DNA from: Polaribacter sp.
GTDB lineage: Bacteria; Bacteroidota; Bacteroidia; Flavobacteriales; Flavobacteriaceae
Length of the DNA stretch: 64,000 nt
Direction of reading: 5' to 3'
Assembly (NCBI GenBank): GCA_965261035.1
Contig: OZ253439.1
Coordinates: 1,337,070 to 1,401,069, forward strand
Position numbers and translations under genes: made by a program. The notes beneath the pieces are model-generated. The model had not been told where the DNA came from and did not search any database. It saw nothing but the letters and a program-made list of their open reading frames with translations. The stretch's first letter is position 1; each line of letters opens with the position of its first letter. This document shows, in pieces, positions 32,163 through 39,049 of the stretch.

Positions 32163-32251
32163 GCTTGAACCTGTCTATTAGAAAAAACAAATATAACAAT
32201 GCAACAAAAAGAAACTTGGATGAAACATTTAATTATTGGAATAGTCTGTAG
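32159..32251 (+). pseudogene. Second, shorter relic of the same C-terminus
   Basis: MSLNLSIRKNKYNNATKRNLDETFNYWNSL*; shares KNKYNNATxxNLD with 31383..31535. Confidence 0.55.
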
Positions 32252-32324
32252 TTTTTTTATATACTCTTGCGAAGAGCCAGAATGCGACTGTAGTCCTCCT
32301 ACTGATATAATAAATAAAAAATAG
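32220..32324 (+). CDS. 34-aa mini or truncated lipoprotein
   Basis: MKHLIIGIVCSFFIYSCEEPECDCSPPTDIINKK*; lipobox IYSC followed by acidic residues. Confidence 0.45.
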   Translation: MKHLIIGIVCSFFIYSCEEPECDCSPPTDIINKK

Positions 32325-32414
32325 CAGTTAGGTATAAGATAAAATACTTGTACCTTTCTGCTATAATTGTAAGTTGTTAGAGCCAACAACGAGTAACCGA
32401 CAACCATTAAGCAG

Positions 32415-33221
32415 TTAGTTTCTTCTTTCAGGAATTGTATTTCTTTCTATTTTACCTTTTTTGAGTGCTTTATAATTTTCATAACAATTTATAACAGCTT
32501 CAATCATTTGTAAATCACTTGCTTTTTTAATAAAGTATTCCGAATAATTGCAATCTGTAAGTAGTTCATTTAATTCTTGCTTGTCCATTTGTAGATATTC
32601 CATAATTACTTCTCTGTCAAATTTTCCATTCAGCATTTTACGAAGGTCATCTTCTTTTTTTAATTTTTGCAACTTTCTAAGCTGTTTTGGCTTTTCTCCA
32701 AAAAGGTTGTACAAAAAATCCACAGGATTAAACAATGCGGCGATTGGCGAATTAATATTTTGCGAAACAGGTTTACCAATTTCATAAGTCTGTGGCAATC
32801 CGCTAATGTGAATTCTAGTAAATCTATCTTTTGGCACCTGATTTACATCAATTTCCAAAACCCCAATTAATTTGGTAGATCTAATGACCACTTCTTTAAT
32901 TTCGTCAGCTTTCTCGTGTAAAGAAATTACCAATTCATTTCCTTTTAATAAATCATTTGTTATTTTTAATTTTATAGATTGAAACCCTAGATAAGATACA
33001 AGAATAGTGTCGTTGGCTTTTGCTACAATTTTAAAAAGACCCTTATCATTTGTTATCGTACCTATAACCAAATTTAAGTTTAAAATATGTGCAGCACTCA
33101 AAACTTTTTTGTCTAAAGCATTTACAACCTGCCCTTTAAGTATAATCGCTTTTGTGCTTTTTTGCGAAAAGCAGATAACAGGAATTATAATAAATAATAA
33201 AAGTAAAATTTGTTTTTGCAT
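32415..33221 (-). CDS. Carboxypeptidase-regulatory-like domain protein
   Basis: LKGQVVNA..GTITNDKGLF..DTILVSYLGFQ. Confidence 0.82.
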   Translation of the reverse strand: MQKQILLLLFIIIPVICFSQKSTKAIILKGQVVNALDKKVLSAAHILNLNLVIGTITNDKGLFKIVAKANDTILVSYLGFQSIKLKITNDLLKGNELVISLHEKADEIKEVVIRSTKLIGVLEIDVNQVPKDRFTRIHISGLPQTYEIGKPVSQNINSPIAALFNPVDFLYNLFGEKPKQLRKLQKLKKEDDLRKMLNGKFDREVIMEYLQMDKQELNELLTDCNYSEYFIKKASDLQMIEAVINCYENYKALKKGKIERNTIPERRN

Positions 33222-33245
33222 AGTGCAATGTACTAATAATTATGT

Positions 33246-33896
33246 TTAAATAATTTGATAATTTGACGTTCCAATAATTCCACGATTCAACAATCCTGCA
33301 TATTTTTTAATTACATTTTTATCAAAATAAGGCTCTTTTTCTACACGCCCGATTACAGGAATGTTTGTCATTTTTCGAATTATATTTTCGGAAGATTTAT
33401 TCTCCTCTCCAAAAAAAATAATTAACACGTCAAATCCTTTATCTTTCAATAAACTTAGCGTTAGCAGAGTGTGATTAATACTTCCCAGATAATTACGGGA
33501 AACCACAATAACTTTATATTCTGGTTTAATAATATCTAAAATTGTGTGCTTGTCATTCAGCGGAACTAACAAGCCTCCTGCCCCTTCAATCACTAGATTG
33601 TTATTAGTTTTTGGTGTTTTTATTTTATTTATATCAATCGTGATTCCATCTATTTCTGCTGCATAATGCGGACTCACAGGTGTTTGTAACGCATAACTGC
33701 TTGGATAGAATTTAGATTTGGTATTAGAAATAAGTTTTTTAACCTTTTGTGTATCAGAGTTTTCCAATTCTCCAGCTTGTATAGGTTTCCAATAATCAGC
33801 CCGTAAGGCTTCAGTTATAATCGCAGAAATAACAGTTTTGCCTACTTCAGTTGAAATTCCTGTGATAAATATTTTTTTTGTTTTACGCTCTTTCAT
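33246..33896 (-). CDS. bioD: Dethiobiotin synthase
   Basis: TGISTEVGKT, YWKPIQAG, IEGAGGLLVP, LGSINHT. Confidence 0.96.
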   Translation of the reverse strand: MKERKTKKIFITGISTEVGKTVISAIITEALRADYWKPIQAGELENSDTQKVKKLISNTKSKFYPSSYALQTPVSPHYAAEIDGITIDINKIKTPKTNNNLVIEGAGGLLVPLNDKHTILDIIKPEYKVIVVSRNYLGSINHTLLTLSLLKDKGFDVLIIFFGEENKSSENIIRKMTNIPVIGRVEKEPYFDKNVIKKYAGLLNRGIIGTSNYQII

Positions 33897-33898
33897 AC

Positions 33899-34507
33899 TT
33901 AAAACAATCCGTTTATTTGAGCATCTATTCGGTCAATTACATATCCTAAGTCCTCTTGATTATCAACAAAATTTAGATTATCAATAACTAATAATTTTCC
34001 TTTTGTATAGGTAGAAACCCACGCTTCGTAACGCTCATTTAATCTACTTAAATAATCAATGCTTATAGTTTTTTCGTATTCTCTTCCTCTTCTGTAAATT
34101 TGTCCAACCAATGTTTGTATGCTGGAACGTAAATAAATCAACAAATCTGGGGGAGTTATAAGTTTTTCCATCAGCTCAAACAAGGAGATGTAGTTTTTAA
34201 AATCTCTATTTGTCATCAGTCCCATTGCGTGAAGGTTTGGTGCAAAAATACAGGCATCTTCGTAAATAGTTCTGTCTTGAATTACTTTGTTGCTGGACTC
34301 TCTCAATTCAAGTATCTGCCTAAATCTGCTGTTTAAAAAAAAAACTTGCAAATTGAAAGACCAACGCTCCATTTCCGCATAAAAATCATCTAAGTAAGGA
34401 TTTTTATTTACGGATTCAAAATGCGGTTTCCACTTGTAATGTTTGGCTAATAATTTTGTGAGAGTCGTTTTTCCTGCTCCAATGTTTCCTGCAATGGCTA
34501 CATGCAT
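33899..34507 (-). CDS. Deoxynucleoside kinase
   Basis: AGNIGAGKTT, DRTIYED, RGREYE. Confidence 0.93.
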   Translation of the reverse strand: MHVAIAGNIGAGKTTLTKLLAKHYKWKPHFESVNKNPYLDDFYAEMERWSFNLQVFFLNSRFRQILELRESSNKVIQDRTIYEDACIFAPNLHAMGLMTNRDFKNYISLFELMEKLITPPDLLIYLRSSIQTLVGQIYRRGREYEKTISIDYLSRLNERYEAWVSTYTKGKLLVIDNLNFVDNQEDLGYVIDRIDAQINGLF

Positions 34508-34652
34508 AATTTATATTTTATAAAACAAAGTTAATCAAATTTTGTAACTAATCGGCATCGGTAATAATATCTTGAATTGTGGAATTGTCAAATTATCAAA
34601 TCGTAATTCAAAAATCATAAATATCCACTACATTTGTAGTCAATTATAATAT

Positions 34653-35429
34653 ATGATATTCGAAAACTTACTTGTCGCATCTAAAAAAGGATTAACTACA
34701 ATAACAATCAACAGACCTAAAAAATTAAACGCCTTAAACAAAGCTACGATAGAGGAGCTGCACAATGCTTTTAAAACGTTAGGGGCAGACCCTTCCGTAA
34801 AAGCAATTATACTTACAGGAAGCGGAGAAAAGGCATTTGTAGCAGGTGCAGATATTTTAGAATTTGCACATTTTTCGGTTGATGAAGGAAATGATTTAGC
34901 TGCTAAAGGACAAAAAATATTATTTGATTTTATAGAAAACTTAAACAAGCCTGTTATTGCCGCTATTAATGGTTTTGCACTGGGGGGCGGATTAGAATTA
35001 TCAATGGCATGTCATTTTAGAATAGCTTCTACCAATGCAAAAATGGGATTGCCAGAAGTTTCATTAGGAGTGATTCCCGGATATGGAGGAACGCAGCGTT
35101 TGCCGCAATTAATCGGTAAAGGGCGAGCTATGGAGATGATAATGACCGCTGGAATGATTTGTGCCGAAGATGCTAAAAATTACGGATTGGTTAATCATAT
35201 AACGTCTCCCGAAAATTTGATGCCGTTAGCAATTGAAATAGCAAATAAAATCATGAAAAACTCCTCTACCGCAATTAACTCGGCAATTAAATCTATAAAT
35301 GCGAATTTTAAAGATGCTGTTAATGGATATGATATAGAAATTAAAGAGTTTGGAAACTGCTTTGGGACTGAAGATTTTAAAGAAGGAACATCTGCTTTTT
35401 TAGAAAAGAGAAAGGCTGATTTTTCTTGA
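34653..35429 (+). CDS. Enoyl-CoA hydratase/isomerase
   Basis: AFVAGADI, NGFALGGGLEL, PEVSLGVIPGYGGTQRL. Confidence 0.93.
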   Translation: MIFENLLVASKKGLTTITINRPKKLNALNKATIEELHNAFKTLGADPSVKAIILTGSGEKAFVAGADILEFAHFSVDEGNDLAAKGQKILFDFIENLNKPVIAAINGFALGGGLELSMACHFRIASTNAKMGLPEVSLGVIPGYGGTQRLPQLIGKGRAMEMIMTAGMICAEDAKNYGLVNHITSPENLMPLAIEIANKIMKNSSTAINSAIKSINANFKDAVNGYDIEIKEFGNCFGTEDFKEGTSAFLEKRKADFS

Positions 35430-35570
35430 AAATATACAAGTTGTATTCGGCATAAAATGACATAATTATAACACAAATATAACTTTTAACAAAATATTAG
35501 TAAAATTATTCTATAAAGAGACGTACTTTTGAGGACACACTTTATTCTTTAATTTAAAATTATAATACAA

Positions 35571-36095
35571 ATGAAAAAAAATGTTTTAGTAATTGCTATT
35601 TTTATGGTAGCAATATTGTTTTCAAATGGTGTATCGGCACAAAAATTTCCAAAATTGGATATAAGCCCTGCAGATATTTCCTTATTTCCAAGGAGAGGAG
35701 AAGTAAAAATAACGAAAATTGTTTACAGCAGACCACAATTAAAAGGAAGAACAGTAGAATCTTTAACTCCAGAAGGAGAAATTTGGAGATTAGGAGCCAA
35801 TGAAGCTAGTGAAATTACTTTTTATAAAGATGTAGTTTTTGGCGGTAAAAAGGTAAAAGCAGGTACATATACCTTATTTGCAATTCCATCAAAATCTGAA
35901 TGGACAATGATTTTAAACAAAAATTTGAACCTTTGGGGAACTTATTCTTACAAAAAAGAAAATGATGTAGTAAGAATCACAGCTAAAGTCTCTGAAGGAG
36001 AAGAATTTGTAGAAGCTTTTTCAATCACATATTCTAAAGAAGGAGATATAATCTTAGGATGGGGCAAAAAAATTGTTACAATTCCCGTTAAATAA
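35571..36095 (+). CDS. DUF2911 secreted protein
   Basis: YSRPQLKGR, WRLGANEA, AGTYTLFAIP. Confidence 0.88.
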   Translation: MKKNVLVIAIFMVAILFSNGVSAQKFPKLDISPADISLFPRRGEVKITKIVYSRPQLKGRTVESLTPEGEIWRLGANEASEITFYKDVVFGGKKVKAGTYTLFAIPSKSEWTMILNKNLNLWGTYSYKKENDVVRITAKVSEGEEFVEAFSITYSKEGDIILGWGKKIVTIPVK

Positions 36096-36123
36096 TATCA
36101 ATTTGATTACTGTTTAATAAATT

Positions 36124-36157
36124 AAAAAAGGCAAAACGAATTGTTTTGCCTTTTTTT
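36124..36157. terminator. Bidirectional intrinsic terminator
   Basis: aaaaaaggcaaaac-gaatt-gttttgccttttttt between convergent genes. Confidence 0.85.
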
Positions 36158-36168
36158 AGTGAAATTTG

Positions 36169-36243
36169 GGTGGAAGATGGGGCTCGAACCCACGACCCTC
36201 GGTACCACAAACCGATGCTCTAACCAGCTGAGCTACAACCACC
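36169..36243 (-). tRNA. tRNA-His (GTG), G-1 encoded, CCA not encoded
   Basis: GGTGGTTGTAGCTCAGCTGGTTAGAGC..TTGTGGT..GGTTCGAGCC; TAAATTTG promoter upstream. Confidence 0.95.
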
Positions 36244-36297
36244 ATATAATTGCGGGTGCAAATTTAATTTATTTTTTACTTCTCTGCAAAGTAATAA

Positions 36298-37014
36298 TTA
36301 AATTAATTTATCTAAACTATTTACAGCAACATAACGCTCCGAAGTAAAGCCCTCCGCATATTCAACGCCAATCAATCTTCCTAAATCATTTGCCCTGTAT
36401 TTTATGCTGTCTATAAAATTCTTACTCGTAATAGGTGTTTCTGGCTCGTTACTTTTAGGGTCAAAAAACTGTGAATTATACGCATTTACCGCAGCTATTT
36501 TAGTTGATATAAATCCTGTAACATCAACTACAAAATCGGGTTCTGAATTTTTCCACTGTATATAATGATAAACTTGTTTTGGTCGCCATTTTTCTTGATT
36601 GCTCCCTCCTACTGTGGTTTCAATTTTCATAAGTCCACTTAAAAAACAAGCAGCAGAAACTAATTCACTTCCCTTTGGATGATCTATATGTCTATCGTCA
36701 ACAGCGTTACACAACACAATTTCCGGTTGATATTTACGAATTATTTTTATAATTTCTAATTGATGGTTTTTGTCATTTATAAAAAATCCATCAGCAAAAC
36801 CTAAATTTTCTCTTACAGAAAGACCTAATATTTTAGCGGATATCGCAGCTTCTTTATCACGTAAATCAGCAGACCCACGAGTGCCTAATTCTCCGCGAGT
36901 TAAATCTATAATTCCCACTTTTTTCCCAAGTGATATTTCTTTGGCAATGGTTGCCCCACAGCCTAATTCAACATCATCTGGATGCGCACCAAACGCTAAT
37001 ATATCTAATTTCAT
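36298..37014 (-). CDS. bshB1: Bacillithiol biosynthesis deacetylase (PIG-L family)
   Basis: GAHPDDVELG, TRGELGTRG, RHIDH. Confidence 0.9.
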   Translation of the reverse strand: MKLDILAFGAHPDDVELGCGATIAKEISLGKKVGIIDLTRGELGTRGSADLRDKEAAISAKILGLSVRENLGFADGFFINDKNHQLEIIKIIRKYQPEIVLCNAVDDRHIDHPKGSELVSAACFLSGLMKIETTVGGSNQEKWRPKQVYHYIQWKNSEPDFVVDVTGFISTKIAAVNAYNSQFFDPKSNEPETPITSKNFIDSIKYRANDLGRLIGVEYAEGFTSERYVAVNSLDKLI

Positions 37015-37091
37015 TTGCTTGTGATTTTTTGCAATGATTGCTCAATATCTTCAATCAAATCTTCTGTTTCTTCTATTCCTTTTTTTGACAT
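37011..37091 (-). pseudogene. Collapsed Cys/Met-metabolism PLP enzyme gene (trans-sulfuration family)
   Basis: MSKK joined in frame to GIEETEDLIEDIEQSLQKITSK*, the typical family C-terminus; stop overlaps the bshB1 ATG. Confidence 0.65.
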
Positions 37092-37244
37092 AATTTATGA
37101 TTTTTAGTTGTTAGTTGTTCCCAAATCTTATCAAACACATAATCTAAATATTGGCTATATGTTGATTTAGGCAGGTAAATATAAAAACTAAAAGTGAGAA
37201 GTTTGTTTAATCGTTAAACTGTATACATGAATATTTCAATTCTC

Positions 37245-37312
37245 ATTTTAATTCTAAACGCAAAAAAACTTCATAAGAATTTATGAAGTTTTTTTGCGTT
37301 TAGAATTAAAAT
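37245..37312. terminator. Perfect 32-bp-arm inverted repeat downstream of the OmpA-fusion gene
   Basis: Arms 37245..37276 and 37281..37312, loop gaat. Confidence 0.75.
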
Positions 37313-37324
37313 ATCTGTTACTAC

Positions 37325-38944
37325 TTATTTATCGTCAGAAACTTTTATTTCAACTCTTCTATTTTTAGTTCTACCAGCATTAGTTGTGTTAGGGGCAACT
37401 GGCTTAGCTGAACCATAACCTTTAGAGGTTAATCTACTAGTTTTAATTCCTTTAGACACCAAATATCCTTTTACAGAACTAGCTCTTTCATTAGATAGCC
37501 TTAAATTTATAGCATCTCCACCCGTATTGTCTGTATGACCTTCTATGTCAAAGTTGAATTTAGAAAATTTCTTTATAACATTAGAAATGTCATCTAACTT
37601 CTCGGTAACTCCTAATTTAAAAGAGCTTTTACCTATATTAAATAAAATAGATTTAGAATAAGAGTCTATCTTTATAGTAGCTGCTTTAATATCTGGACAT
37701 CCACCATTAGAAGCAGGTCCTTTTTCGTCTATACATTTGTCATCTTTGTCTAACACTCCGTCTCCGTCAGAATCTGGCCAAGGGCAACCTCCGTTTTCAG
37801 CTGGACCGGCTACATTAGGACATTTATCATCTTTATTTAAAGCTAAAACACCATCTTTGTCATAATCTGGGCAACCTCTGGTAGCTTTGCTTCCTTTGTC
37901 GTAAGGGCAAGCATCGTCTTTATCTGCTACTCCATCTGCGTCTGCGTCTGGACAACCATTTAAAGATGCCACACCTACTACATTAGGACAATCATCTTCA
38001 GAATCTTGAACACCATCTCCATCAGTATCTGGGCAACCTTTAAAAGCGGCTAAACCTGCAACTTCTGGACAAGCATCATCTTTATTATAAACACCGTCTC
38101 CGTCAGAATCTTTTTTACCCAAATTAAATCCAACACTAAATGAAGGTTGAACAAAAAATGAAGTTGTATAAGTATCTGAATCTAAACTAGGTAAACCCGG
38201 TCCTGGTATTTTATCACTAAAAGCATAATTAAATGATGCAGGTTTTATTCTAAAGCCTATAAAAACATCTTCAGAAAGATAATAATCTACACCTGCAACT
38301 GCCTGAATTCCAAAGGATGTTATTTCTACATGTCTTGCTCCTAAATCTGTAATTACATTATTACTATCAACTGTCGGGTCGTATAAAGACCTTCTTGCAT
38401 AGTTAAAAGGTAAAGCAATCCCTAAATATGGGAACATTCTTTTGCTTCCTGTGTTAAAAGTCCATTGACCACCCAATGTAAGGTTTATATCAATTCTTTC
38501 GTCAGCAACTACGGACTTGTATCCCGGTATTATTGTTTTTCCACCAGTAGTTACTGCTGGTATAGATAAATGTTCTGGAGTATTTCTTAAAATTGTTCCA
38601 CCAGATAGTGTTAAAGCAATTTTATCAGAAACATAATATCTACCTTCAGCACCAACCATATTTATAATACTGTTGTCGTTTGAGTTAATATCATTCGCAA
38701 AAGGAGCAGAACCATTAACTGGAGTACCGGTAGCACCGAACGAAGCGGGTGCAGCCAAACCAGTATTACTATAAGCTCCTCTTCCAAAAATTATTGCAGC
38801 CGTATAATCTCCCTTTTTTGGAGCATACGTTTTCTTTGAAGAACTACTGCTTTTTGCTTTTTGTTTGGAATCTTTATCTTGTCCGTACATTCCTGTTCCC
38901 AGTGAAATGGATAAAATAAAAATAAAAATTATATATTTTTTCAT
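37325..38944 (-). CDS. BT1926-like outer-membrane beta-barrel fused to five thrombospondin type-3 repeats and an OmpA C-terminal domain
   Basis: APKKGDYT, MVGAEG, IPGYKSVVAD, AGVDY, PGLPSLDSD, QPSFSVGF; five DxDxDG..D.CP repeats; IEGHTD, NLRLSNERA, NRRVE. Confidence 0.8.
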   Translation of the reverse strand: MKKYIIFIFILSISLGTGMYGQDKDSKQKAKSSSSSKKTYAPKKGDYTAAIIFGRGAYSNTGLAAPASFGATGTPVNGSAPFANDINSNDNSIINMVGAEGRYYVSDKIALTLSGGTILRNTPEHLSIPAVTTGGKTIIPGYKSVVADERIDINLTLGGQWTFNTGSKRMFPYLGIALPFNYARRSLYDPTVDSNNVITDLGARHVEITSFGIQAVAGVDYYLSEDVFIGFRIKPASFNYAFSDKIPGPGLPSLDSDTYTTSFFVQPSFSVGFNLGKKDSDGDGVYNKDDACPEVAGLAAFKGCPDTDGDGVQDSEDDCPNVVGVASLNGCPDADADGVADKDDACPYDKGSKATRGCPDYDKDGVLALNKDDKCPNVAGPAENGGCPWPDSDGDGVLDKDDKCIDEKGPASNGGCPDIKAATIKIDSYSKSILFNIGKSSFKLGVTEKLDDISNVIKKFSKFNFDIEGHTDNTGGDAINLRLSNERASSVKGYLVSKGIKTSRLTSKGYGSAKPVAPNTTNAGRTKNRRVEIKVSDDK

Positions 38945-38978
38945 ATTGTTTAGTTCTTTAAGAGTTAAATTTTGTTTT

Positions 38979-39016
38979 AAAAGGGACTGAAGAGAACTTT
39001 ATTTATCTTCAGCCCC
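38979..39016 (-). terminator. Stem-loop with U tail between the large lipoprotein gene and the barrel gene
   Basis: ggggctgaaga...tcttcagtccc-tttt on the minus strand. Confidence 0.65.
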
Positions 39017-39049
39017 ATTAATAATCTTTAATATTTCCTAAAGAAAGTA

